A DNA stretch of 64,000 nt from Thermoanaerobaculia bacterium (GTDB taxonomy: Bacteria > Acidobacteriota > Thermoanaerobaculia > Multivoradales > Multivoraceae). Positions 9,696 to 19,859 of this stretch are shown here, piece after piece. Below the pieces are notes generated by a model that did no database searches, was not told where the DNA came from, and was given only the letters and a program-made list of their open reading frames with translations. Position 1 is the stretch's first letter, and each line of letters starts with the position of its first letter. The translations under genes were made by a program, and so were the position numbers. The stretch spans positions 3,168,001 through 3,232,000 of the forward strand of contig OY762911.1 in assembly GCA_963666565.1 (NCBI GenBank), read 5' to 3'.

Positions 9696-10630
9696 AGAGG
9701 CTCCGCCGGGCGCCGCAGTCGCTCTGGGTGGCGCTCTCCGTCGCCGCTCTGGCGGTCGGGATGAGCGTGGTCTCGGAACCGTTCGCCAGCGGCGACAATC
9801 TGTTCAACGTCAGCCGGAACTTCGCCTTCATCGGGCTGATCGCCCTGGGCCAGACGGCGGTGATCGCGACCGGCGGCATCGACCTCTCGGTCGGCTCGGT
9901 GATGGGGCTCGCGGGGATCGTGACGGGGCTCGTTCTGGGTGCCGGCCAGTCGTTGGCGCTCGCCGCGGCCGCCGGCCTGGGGTGCGCGCTCCTTTGCGGA
10001 CTGGTGAACGGCGTGCTCGTGGGGTACCTCCGGCTGTCGCCCTTCGTCGTCACGCTCGGCATGCTGAGCATCGCCCGGTCGCTGGCCCTGGTCGTCTCGA
10101 ACAACCGGATGATCCACGACTTCGGGCCCGACGAGGACCTGCTGCTCGCCCTGGGCGGCGGCCGCTTCCTCGGCCTCGCCAATCCGGTCTGGCTGCTTGC
10201 GCTTGCCGCCCTCGGCGCCGCGGCCTGGTTTCGCTACAGCCGGCTGGCCCGCCACGTGCTGGCCGTCGGCGGCAACGAGCACGCGACGCGGCTGGCCGGG
10301 GTGCCGGTCGCTCGGGTCAAGCTCGCGGTCTACGTTCTGAGTTCCCTGCTGGCCGGCGTCTCGGCGATCCTCATGATCGGCTGGCTGGGGGCGGTGACCA
10401 ACGCGCTCGGCCAGGGCTACGAACTGCGCGTCATCGCGTCGGCCGTGATCGGCGGCGCGAACCTGATGGGCGGCGAAGGCGGCGCCTTCGGAGCGGTGGC
10501 CGGCGCGGCGCTGATCGAACTGATCCGCAACAGCCTGCTGCTGCTCGGCGTCGATCCCTACTGGCAGGGGGCGTTCGTCGGCGGTTCGATTATCGTTGCG
10601 ATGCTGGTGGAGCGTGTGAGGCGAAAGTGA
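9692..10630 (+). CDS. RbsC-like sugar ABC transporter permease
   Basis: GTG overlapping the upstream stop; GGIDLSVGS, PFVVTLGML, AVGGNEHATRLAGV, ELRVIASAVIGG motifs. Confidence 0.92.
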   Translation: MKRLRRAPQSLWVALSVAALAVGMSVVSEPFASGDNLFNVSRNFAFIGLIALGQTAVIATGGIDLSVGSVMGLAGIVTGLVLGAGQSLALAAAAGLGCALLCGLVNGVLVGYLRLSPFVVTLGMLSIARSLALVVSNNRMIHDFGPDEDLLLALGGGRFLGLANPVWLLALAALGAAAWFRYSRLARHVLAVGGNEHATRLAGVPVARVKLAVYVLSSLLAGVSAILMIGWLGAVTNALGQGYELRVIASAVIGGANLMGGEGGAFGAVAGAALIELIRNSLLLLGVDPYWQGAFVGGSIIVAMLVERVRRK

Positions 10631-11682
10631 GTTCGAGCGGACAGCAAGGCACTGGAACGCGAGCGGCGGCCGTCCGCCTGGCGGCGGCGACGATGACGGC
10701 GGCGATCGGGCTGGCGGCCTGCGCGCCGGAGGATGCCGGCTACACCTTCGCCCTCGTTCCGAAGGCGATGAACAACCCCTTCTTCGACCTGGCCCGCGAC
10801 GGCTGCATTCAGGCGGCGGCCGACCTCGACGGCGTCGAGTGCCTCTACATCGGCCCGAGCGAGCACACGGAGGCGGACCAGATCCAGGTCGTCGAAGACC
10901 TGATCACCCGCCGGGTCGACGGCCTGGCCGTGTCGCCGTCGAACGCGACCGCGATGGCGCGGGCGCTCGCCCGGGCTCGCGACGCCGGCATCCCGGCGAT
11001 CACGTGGGACTCCGATCTCCTGGCGGAAGATGCCGGGCTGCGCACGACGTACATCGGCACGGAGAACCGGGCCATGGGCGTGGAGCAGGCGAAGCTCCTC
11101 CACGAGTTGAAACCGGACGGAGGCAGAATCTGCATCCAGTCGGGCGGCGCCGCGGCGATGAACCACAACGAGCGGATGCAGGGGCTCCGGGACACGCTCG
11201 CCGGGGCCGACTCGGCCGCGCCTCCCGGCGAGCGCCTTGAGGGCCAGAACGGCTGGACCGAGGTCGCGGCCTGCCCGCTCTACACGAACGACGACTTCCC
11301 GCTCGCCGTCCAGCAGATGGCCGACGCGCTGGCGTCCGAGCCGGACCTCGACGTCTTCTCGATCACGGGCGGCTTCCCGCAGTTCGTCGACCAGGCCTAC
11401 CGGCAGGCTGTCGAACCGTACCGGGAGCGGATCGACTCGAAGGACCTCGTTATCCTCGGCGCCGACACTCTGCCGATGCAGCTCGACCTGCTGGCGGAGG
11501 GACTGAGCCACGGCCAGGTGGGCCAGCGTCCATACGCGATGGGCTACCGGTCGATGGAGGTGCTGCTGGAACTTGTCGGCGGCGGCACGGTCGAGGACCC
11601 GATCCATACAGGGCTCGACGTGCTGACCGGCGCCGCCGACGTCGAAGCCTTCCGTCTGGGTAAAGGTGCGCGGGTCTTCTGA
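10627..11682 (+). CDS. RbsB-like sugar ABC transporter substrate-binding lipoprotein
   Basis: GTG overlapping the permease stop (alternative ATG 10693); lipobox LAAC; KAMNNPFF, ITWDSD, YIGTEN, GQRPYAMGY. Confidence 0.9.
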   Translation: MSSSGQQGTGTRAAAVRLAAATMTAAIGLAACAPEDAGYTFALVPKAMNNPFFDLARDGCIQAAADLDGVECLYIGPSEHTEADQIQVVEDLITRRVDGLAVSPSNATAMARALARARDAGIPAITWDSDLLAEDAGLRTTYIGTENRAMGVEQAKLLHELKPDGGRICIQSGGAAAMNHNERMQGLRDTLAGADSAAPPGERLEGQNGWTEVAACPLYTNDDFPLAVQQMADALASEPDLDVFSITGGFPQFVDQAYRQAVEPYRERIDSKDLVILGADTLPMQLDLLAEGLSHGQVGQRPYAMGYRSMEVLLELVGGGTVEDPIHTGLDVLTGAADVEAFRLGKGARVF

Positions 11683-11793
11683 CCCGCTCCCGAGGCGGCG
11701 TCCAGTATCGCCGCCGGCTTTGCCGGCCCCCCTTTCTTCGGGCTCCGCCGCTTCGCGGCTACGCCCGGGAGCGGGTCGGAAGACCCGCGCACC
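11665..11793. repeat. REP/REPIN-like inverted-repeat element
   Basis: GGTGCGCGGGTCTTCTGACCCGCTCCCG (11665-11692) and its near-perfect reverse complement (11766-11793) between convergent genes. Confidence 0.8.
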
Positions 11794-11811
11794 CAGTTTC
11801 CCGGGACCGGG

Positions 11812-14232
11812 TCAGAAGAAGTCGCGCCGCAGAGAGAGACTCCACGAGCGCGGCCGGCCCCAGGTCTGCTCCACGTACGCCGCGGCGGTGCCGAACGCGG
11901 AGTTGCCGCTCACGAGAAAGGTCTCGTCGAGCAGGTTGCGCCCGGCGAGAATCGCCGTCCATCGTCCCTCCGGGAGACGGAACGACAGCGAGGCGGCGAC
12001 CAGGTGGTACGGCTCGGAGGCGAGTTGCGGAGTGTTCGCCGCGTCGTTGTACTCCCGGCCCCGGTAGGACCAGTCGACCCGCGCGGTCAGTTCGCCCGCC
12101 GCGCCGAGATCGAGGCTGCGGGAGAGGCCCAGGCTGGATGTCGCTTCGGGGGTTCCCACCAGGCGGTAGTGGGGCAGGATGGGCGTCGCGTTGGTCAGGA
12201 CCTCTTCGCTGAGCCGCGCGTAGCGGGCGTCGATCAGCCCCACGCCCAGGTCGAGCCGCCACGAATCGGGGCCCAGCCAGGACATCTCGATCTCGCCGCC
12301 CTCGATGTCCGCGCTGCCGCCGTTGAAGATGAGCGGGTTGAACGTTTCCCGGATCGTGATGTGGAGACCTTGGTAGTCCGTGTGGAACAGCGAGGCGTTC
12401 AGGGTCAACCGACGGTCGAGCCACTCCGACTTGAAGCCCACCTCGTAGGCGTCCGCGAACTCCGAGCGGAAGGGCTTCGGGTCGAGTACGCGCCGGCCCT
12501 CGGCGTCCACCGGCGGCGCCGCCAGACGGCCGTTGAACCCGCCGCTCTTGAAACCCTGGGAGAAAGACGCGTAGAGGAGATGCCGATCGGCGATGGAGCG
12601 CGACAGGCTGATCGCGCCGGTAACGGCGTCGAACTCCTTCTCGTTGCGGCGGCGTTCGAGAAAGAACTCTCCCGGACGCAGGGGGCCGATGGCGGAGAGG
12701 TACGAACCGGCCAGGAGCGGCCAGGTCGGCCCGAAGATGTCGTTGCCGAAAGAGGCGTCGCCGGCGGCGTAGGTGCGCGGCTCGAAGCCCTTCGTATCGC
12801 GCGTGTAGCGCCCGCCGACGGTGATCTCCACGCCGGCCGGCAGAGCGAACGAGGCCTGAACGAAGGCCGCCGTCGACCGGTTGTCGTAGGCGCCGTAGGA
12901 GCGGAGAACGCCGACCGGGAGGGTGACGTAGTTGGAGAGCACGCCGCTTTCGTCGAAGCCGTAGACGCCACCGACCAGACTCAGGGGGCCGTCGGCGTCG
13001 TGGCGCAACTGGAGTTCCTGGCTGAACTGCCGGTGGTCGTAGAAGATCCGGGTCTGGAGCAGGTTGGCCGGCGTGTTGTCGGCGTCCCGGGAGCTGTTGA
13101 AGAGGAAGTCCCTGAAGCCGGTGACGGCCACGAGAGTCGTGGCGTCGCTCAGCTCCCAGCGGACTTCGCTGCTCGCGCCTCCCGCGTCGAGGTGAGAGAA
13201 CACGGGATACGTGCCTTCGGAGATGTAGGGGCCGGCGACATTGTCCGGCCCGTAGCAGCCGGCGTCGCCGCCGACGCCGGCCGAGCCGGGGGGCGGAAAG
13301 GTCGGCGGGCCGGCGGCCGGGAAGTTCGGGTTGATGCGGAACCGGCCGCAGCTACCGAGCATTGCATTGCCGAAGGCCGCGAACGCCTGCGTGTCGTCGA
13401 CGCCGCCGGAGACGGAGGGCGCGCCGTGGTCGCGCGAGCGCGACCGGTCGATGGCGAGGTTCCACTCGAAGCGTTCCGAGGGCAGGTAGCGCAGCGCCGC
13501 CCGGCCCGAGAGGCTGTTCTCGTCGCCGGTCCGGATGCCGTCGCGCGGCCGCTCCACGTAGCCGTCTCTCAGGGTCCGGGCGACGGCGACGTTGGCGAAC
13601 AGACGCTCTGAAAGGGGCAAGTTCGCCCGGGCCGCAACCCCCAGGAGGTCGTCGCTGCCGACACGGGCGACGAGGCTGGCGCTCCGGTTGCCGTCGGGCC
13701 GCCTGGAGTGAATGCTGATCGCGCCGCCGATCGCGTTGCGGCCGAACAGAGTGCCCTGGGGCCCGCGCAGCACCTCGACCCGTTCGACATCCAGGAGGTC
13801 GAACACCGAACCCACGGTCCGCGCCAGATAGACGCCGTCCAGGTAGAGGGCCACGCCGGGGTCGAGTACCTGCGCGTAGTCCACCTGGCCGATACCCCGG
13901 ATGAAGGCCTGACCTACCGCCCGCGACCCGCTGCCCGGCGCGGCGCCGTCGAAGCTCAGGTTCGGCGCGACGTTGGAGAGCAGGTCCGACGAGACGATCT
14001 GCCGCTGGCTCAGCGCCTCACCGGTCCACGCCGAGATGGAGACGGGAACGTCCTGCGGATCCTCCTCGCGCTTCCGGGCGGTGACGACGATCTCGTCCTG
14101 GACGACGGGCCGTTCGTCCGGGGCGGCGGCCTCTTCGGTTTCCGGTTGCTGTGCCGGGATGGCGGGAGCGCCGAGGACGGTCGACAGGACGACGCAACGG
14201 ACGAGGGAGAAGCGTGAGGCTCTGTCGATCAC
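11812..14232 (-). CDS. TonB-dependent outer membrane receptor
   Basis: GTG overlapping the VWA-gene stop; signal peptide, TonB box EIVVTARKREE, plug motif DVERVEVLRGPQGTLFGRNAIGGAI, GFKSGGFN, C-terminal ..RRDFF. Confidence 0.92.
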   Translation of the reverse strand: MIDRASRFSLVRCVVLSTVLGAPAIPAQQPETEEAAAPDERPVVQDEIVVTARKREEDPQDVPVSISAWTGEALSQRQIVSSDLLSNVAPNLSFDGAAPGSGSRAVGQAFIRGIGQVDYAQVLDPGVALYLDGVYLARTVGSVFDLLDVERVEVLRGPQGTLFGRNAIGGAISIHSRRPDGNRSASLVARVGSDDLLGVAARANLPLSERLFANVAVARTLRDGYVERPRDGIRTGDENSLSGRAALRYLPSERFEWNLAIDRSRSRDHGAPSVSGGVDDTQAFAAFGNAMLGSCGRFRINPNFPAAGPPTFPPPGSAGVGGDAGCYGPDNVAGPYISEGTYPVFSHLDAGGASSEVRWELSDATTLVAVTGFRDFLFNSSRDADNTPANLLQTRIFYDHRQFSQELQLRHDADGPLSLVGGVYGFDESGVLSNYVTLPVGVLRSYGAYDNRSTAAFVQASFALPAGVEITVGGRYTRDTKGFEPRTYAAGDASFGNDIFGPTWPLLAGSYLSAIGPLRPGEFFLERRRNEKEFDAVTGAISLSRSIADRHLLYASFSQGFKSGGFNGRLAAPPVDAEGRRVLDPKPFRSEFADAYEVGFKSEWLDRRLTLNASLFHTDYQGLHITIRETFNPLIFNGGSADIEGGEIEMSWLGPDSWRLDLGVGLIDARYARLSEEVLTNATPILPHYRLVGTPEATSSLGLSRSLDLGAAGELTARVDWSYRGREYNDAANTPQLASEPYHLVAASLSFRLPEGRWTAILAGRNLLDETFLVSGNSAFGTAAAYVEQTWGRPRSWSLSLRRDFF

Positions 14233-16067
14233 GGGCGCAACGCGATCGATCCGCCCTGCTGGTCGTCCGGCAGCCGAACGACCGTCTCCTGGACGAGATA
14301 GCTGGCGCGGCCGGACGCTTCGTCCCGGATGCCGACCGCGACGGCGAATCTGCCGGGCGGCAGATCGACGTTCACGACGACCACGGCGCTCTCCCCGGGC
14401 GGCGGCAGTTGGGCCTGGCCCAGAGCGAGCGTCTTCTGGCGCATCGAAGTGCGCTCGCCGTTCTCGTTCTCCGCGACCAGGAAGATCCGCACCGCGCCGG
14501 TCGAGCCGGCGGGCCCCGGCAGGCGCTCGACCGCCTCCACCGGCACGTGGACTTCCACCGGCAGCGTGGCGTGCCCCGGGTCGCCGGCATCCCGCACTTC
14601 CCCGAAAGTCACCTCGGCGTCGAGCGGGTTCGACTGTTCTCCCAGCTTCAGGGCGGCGTACAGCCGGTCGGCGAGCCGCTGCTCGTCCGACTTGAGGATG
14701 TACGAGCGGCGGTAGCGCACCCGCCAGCCCTTCTTGGGCTCCGTGAGCCGGACCTCGATCTGCCGGATCGGATGGCGGCGCTCGGGCGGAGCGGCGTAGC
14801 CGAGCGAGTAGTAGGAACCGAAGTCGGCCGCGATCTCCTCCAGCGCCTCGGCCGGATGGGCCTCGTTGAAGACGGCGCGGCCTCCGGTCTCGTCGGCGAG
14901 CAGGCTGAGCGTCGACTGGAGGTTGTCGACCCGCAGCCGGTCGTTCCGGTTGCTGGGAACGAGCACGTTCGCCAGGCCGAGGCCGCCGGTGCCGCCGCCG
15001 TCCGCCGCGCCGACCGGCCCGCCGAAGCGAACGTCCGTCGCGGACGAGCCCCGGACGCCGCCGGCGTCGACCGGGTAGAGGGTCACGCGGTTCGCGTTGC
15101 TGAAGGCGCTGAAGCGGTTGAACCGCGTCGTCTCGTCCCGCTCGGCCTGGCGCCGGTTCGTTTCCGTCTCGTTCTCGGGACAGACCTCGCCGAGGTAGTG
15201 GTAGACGTCCGCGCCCGGCTGCCGGGGCAGACCGTCGCTGACGTAGATGACGGCCTTCGGGCCGGGCAGCCCGCCGAGAGCGGTCACCAGGTCGCCCAGG
15301 GCGGAAATGGACGCCGCGCCGCGGGACTGCATCTCGGCGGCGTACTGCTCGGCGGAACCGAGCAGGCCCGGCCAGAGGTCGACGCAGGGTTCGCAGTCCG
15401 GCACGAAGGCGCTCTGCGACTCGCCGAGGGCGCAGGCCTCGTAGGCCTGGCGGATCTCCTGGAGGATCCGGCGCCGGAAGAGCTCGTTGTCGTGGGCGGG
15501 CGACCTGGGCTCGCTCTCGATCTCCCGCAACGCCTCCGTGAGTTCGGCGGGATTGCCGGTGAAGGGCACGCGGACGTTCAGGTCGGGATCGCCGGTCGCG
15601 AGCAGGAACCGGACGTCGCTCGCCTGTTCGCCGCGATTCGTCAGAAAGGCGGCGAGATCGCTCTCGATCCGGCGCAGGTTGCCGAGGTAGGTCCGGTAGC
15701 GGTCGAGGTAGAGCGCCACCATCAGGGGCGGGCCGGGGCCGTCCAGTTCGTCCAGGCTCTCGCCTTCGGCCCACTCCAGGTCGTCGCGGTCGGGGCGGAC
15801 GGCGGCGTTCAGGAAGTTCGTGATCTCCATCCGTTCGCCCTCCTCGAAGACCTCGAAGTCGTCGATGGAGAGGTCCGAGATCGGCCGGCCCCTGCGGTCC
15901 GTGACGTGAACGTCGATGTTCACGACGTTCACGGTTACCTCGTCGAGGATGATCGCGGCCTGGGAATCCCGTTCCTGGGCCTGTCCCGCCGCCAGGGGAA
16001 CCGCGAGCGCTCCCAGGATGGCCGGGAGGACGGCGAACGCGCGCCGGGCCGGGCGCCGGAGGACCAT
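14229..16067 (-). CDS. Acidobacterial VWFA-related domain protein (secreted)
   Basis: Signal peptide; VNVVNIDVHVTDRRGRPISDLSIDDFEVFEEG, GPKAVIYVSDG, LADETGGRA, SYYSLGY motifs; start ATG 16067 or GTG 16076. Confidence 0.85.
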   Translation of the reverse strand: MVLRRPARRAFAVLPAILGALAVPLAAGQAQERDSQAAIILDEVTVNVVNIDVHVTDRRGRPISDLSIDDFEVFEEGERMEITNFLNAAVRPDRDDLEWAEGESLDELDGPGPPLMVALYLDRYRTYLGNLRRIESDLAAFLTNRGEQASDVRFLLATGDPDLNVRVPFTGNPAELTEALREIESEPRSPAHDNELFRRRILQEIRQAYEACALGESQSAFVPDCEPCVDLWPGLLGSAEQYAAEMQSRGAASISALGDLVTALGGLPGPKAVIYVSDGLPRQPGADVYHYLGEVCPENETETNRRQAERDETTRFNRFSAFSNANRVTLYPVDAGGVRGSSATDVRFGGPVGAADGGGTGGLGLANVLVPSNRNDRLRVDNLQSTLSLLADETGGRAVFNEAHPAEALEEIAADFGSYYSLGYAAPPERRHPIRQIEVRLTEPKKGWRVRYRRSYILKSDEQRLADRLYAALKLGEQSNPLDAEVTFGEVRDAGDPGHATLPVEVHVPVEAVERLPGPAGSTGAVRIFLVAENENGERTSMRQKTLALGQAQLPPPGESAVVVVNVDLPPGRFAVAVGIRDEASGRASYLVQETVVRLPDDQQGGSIALRP

Positions 16068-16090
16068 GAGGTTCACTATACTGAGCCGCG

Positions 16091-16993
16091 ATGGCGACCG
16101 CGGGCGCGAGAGGCTCCACGAAGGCGCTCCCGGTCGCGGCGAGGCTGCTCGCCGCTGCCCGTCCGATCACCGCCCTCGTGATCCTCGCGGCCCTTGCCGA
16201 CGGGCCGGCGGAGGCCCAGGTCTCGCGCCCCGAACCGGAGTACACGGGCGCCGACCGGATCGAGGAGTGGTCGGGCCGCCGCGTTCTCGTCGTGACGCCG
16301 CACCCGGACGACGAGACCTTCACCTCCGGCGGCACGCTGGCCATCCTGGCGGCGAACGGCAACGACATCCGGGTCGTCGTCTACACGACGGACAACGCCG
16401 GCTCGCGGGACCCGTCGATGACGAAGGACCGGCTGAAGGCGATCCGGCGCGCCGAGGAGGAGGAGGCCTGCCGCATCCTGGGCATCCCGAAGGAGAACAT
16501 CGTCTGGCTGGGGCATGACGACGGCATGCTGGAGTACGTCGACCGCCGGGAACTGACGAAGCAGGTGGCCCGCGAGATCCGCCGGTTCAGGCCCGACGTC
16601 CTGTTCTCGGTCGACCCGGGCTCGCCTTACGAGCAGTACCACAAGTCGGACCACCGCTCGGGCGCGATCGTCACGGTGGACGCGATCCGCGCGGCGCGCT
16701 GGCGGCTCTACTTCCCGGAGCTGGAGGCCGAGGGCTTCGAGGCGTGGAGCGTGCCGCTCGTGTTCTTCTACTACAGCGCCAACCCGAACTACACCGTCGA
16801 CATCACGGAGGTGGCGGAGAAGAAGGCGCGGGCCTCGGCGGCCCACATCAGCCAGTTCGGCTCGATGGTCGACCGCTACGACCCGGACGCCGTGGACGAG
16901 CAGCGCAAGGAGTGGGCGGCGCGGCTGCTGGCGCGCGCCGAGCGCGAGAACGGCAGGGTGGTGGAGCGCTTCCGGCGTTCCACGGCGTACTGA
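16091..16993 (+). CDS. PIG-L family deacetylase
   Basis: VVTPHPDDE metal motif, RRAEEEEACRILG, HKSDH, AHISQF. Confidence 0.9.
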   Translation: MATAGARGSTKALPVAARLLAAARPITALVILAALADGPAEAQVSRPEPEYTGADRIEEWSGRRVLVVTPHPDDETFTSGGTLAILAANGNDIRVVVYTTDNAGSRDPSMTKDRLKAIRRAEEEEACRILGIPKENIVWLGHDDGMLEYVDRRELTKQVAREIRRFRPDVLFSVDPGSPYEQYHKSDHRSGAIVTVDAIRAARWRLYFPELEAEGFEAWSVPLVFFYYSANPNYTVDITEVAEKKARASAAHISQFGSMVDRYDPDAVDEQRKEWAARLLARAERENGRVVERFRRSTAY

Positions 16994-18055
16994 GTGGCCG
17001 GGCAGCCGCCGGGTCGGGACCGAGAGAAGCCGGGCGGCGGCGGTTCGCCGGCCCTGGCGTTGAGCGTTCTCGACCAGTGTCCGATCCGGGCCGGCGCGAC
17101 CGCGGCGGACGCGGTCAGGGAGGCTGTCGAGCTGGCCAGGGCCACGGAACGGTTCGGCTACCGGCGCTACTGGCTGGCGGAACACCACAACTCGCAGTCG
17201 CTCGCCTGCGCCGCTCCCGAGGCCCTGATCGGCCAGGTCGCGGCGGCCACGGAGCGGATGCGGGTGGGTTCCGGCGGGGTCATGCTGAGCCACTACAGCG
17301 CGCTCAAGGTGGCGGAGGTGTTCCGGATGCTGGAGACGCTGTACCCCGGCCGGATCGACCTCGGGATCGGCCGCGCGCCGGGTTCCGACCGGCTGACCGC
17401 CCGCATCCTGGCGCACGGACCGGGCCGGCTGGGCGTTCAGCACTACCCGGAGCAGGTGGCCGACCTCCTCGGCTACCTCGGCCGGGGCCACCAGGACGAG
17501 CGGCTGAACGGCGTGCGGGCGATGCCCCAGGGCGACACGCAGCCCGAGGTATGGCTGCTCGGTTCGAGCCTCGGCTCGGCCCGCTTCGCCGCCTGGTTCG
17601 GCTGCCCGTACAGCTTCGCCCACTTCATCCAGCCCCGCGACGCGGAAGCCGCGCTCGAGCTGTACCGGAGCGAGTACCGGCCTTCCGAGCGCCATCCCGA
17701 GCCGCGGGCGAGCGTCGGCGTCAGCGCGATGGTCGCCGACACGGACGAGGAGGCGCGCCGGCAGTCGCTCAGCCGCTTCCTGTGGTGGATCCGGCTGACC
17801 CAGGGGCAGGCCGGCCCGTTCCCGAGCCTGGAGGAGGCCGAGGCGCACGAGTTCACGGATCGCGACCGCGCAGTGATGGAGAAGATGCAGGGCCGCAGCC
17901 TGATCGGCTCGCCGGAGCGGGTGCGGGACCGGGCGGCGGAACTCGCGGGGCGCCTGGACGTGGCGGAACTCGTCGTGCTGACGATCTGCCCCAGCTTCGA
18001 AGCCCGGGTGCGCTCCTACGAACTGCTCGCCGAGGCTGTGGGACTCCAGGAGTGA
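16994..18055 (+). CDS. LLM-class (luciferase-like) flavin-dependent oxidoreductase
   Basis: LSVLDQ, RYWLAEHH, RVGSGGVML, KVAEVFRMLETLYPGRIDLGIGRAPG, WLLGSS. Confidence 0.92.
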   Translation: MAGQPPGRDREKPGGGGSPALALSVLDQCPIRAGATAADAVREAVELARATERFGYRRYWLAEHHNSQSLACAAPEALIGQVAAATERMRVGSGGVMLSHYSALKVAEVFRMLETLYPGRIDLGIGRAPGSDRLTARILAHGPGRLGVQHYPEQVADLLGYLGRGHQDERLNGVRAMPQGDTQPEVWLLGSSLGSARFAAWFGCPYSFAHFIQPRDAEAALELYRSEYRPSERHPEPRASVGVSAMVADTDEEARRQSLSRFLWWIRLTQGQAGPFPSLEEAEAHEFTDRDRAVMEKMQGRSLIGSPERVRDRAAELAGRLDVAELVVLTICPSFEARVRSYELLAEAVGLQE

Positions 18056-18088
18056 TCGCAGCCGTCAGGCCTGTGGAACGAGGTTCCG

Positions 18089-18221
18089 CTGGGTGCGCGG
18101 GTCTTCTGACCCGCTGCCGCCGAAGGCGGCCGGAACGGGCGCCGGCCTTCCGGCGCCGCTCTGGCGGACAGTTGCGACCTGGCGAGGGTTTCGGTGGGGG
18201 TCAGAAGACCCGCGCACCCAG
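18089..18221. repeat. REP/REPIN-like inverted-repeat element
   Basis: Perfect 24-bp inverted repeat CTGGGTGCGCGGGTCTTCTGACCC (18089-18112) / GGGTCAGAAGACCCGCGCACCCAG (18198-18221). Confidence 0.85.
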
Positions 18222-18288
18222 TGGCGATCATGGTTGACAGGCCCGCGCTGAAGCCAGAGGATCCGAACGTCCCTGGAGGATCCGAACG

Positions 18289-19812
<1,524 letters not shown>

Positions 19813-19859
19813 GGGCTCGCGGCGCACAAGTCGTTGTTTTTCAGTAAGATACGTCTCCC

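Noticed and set aside
18056-18288. SAH or SAM riboswitch upstream of ahcY
   Set aside because: No GAGGAGCG...AGGCUC...CGCU core is seen; the structured region is the REPIN-like repeat found elsewhere.
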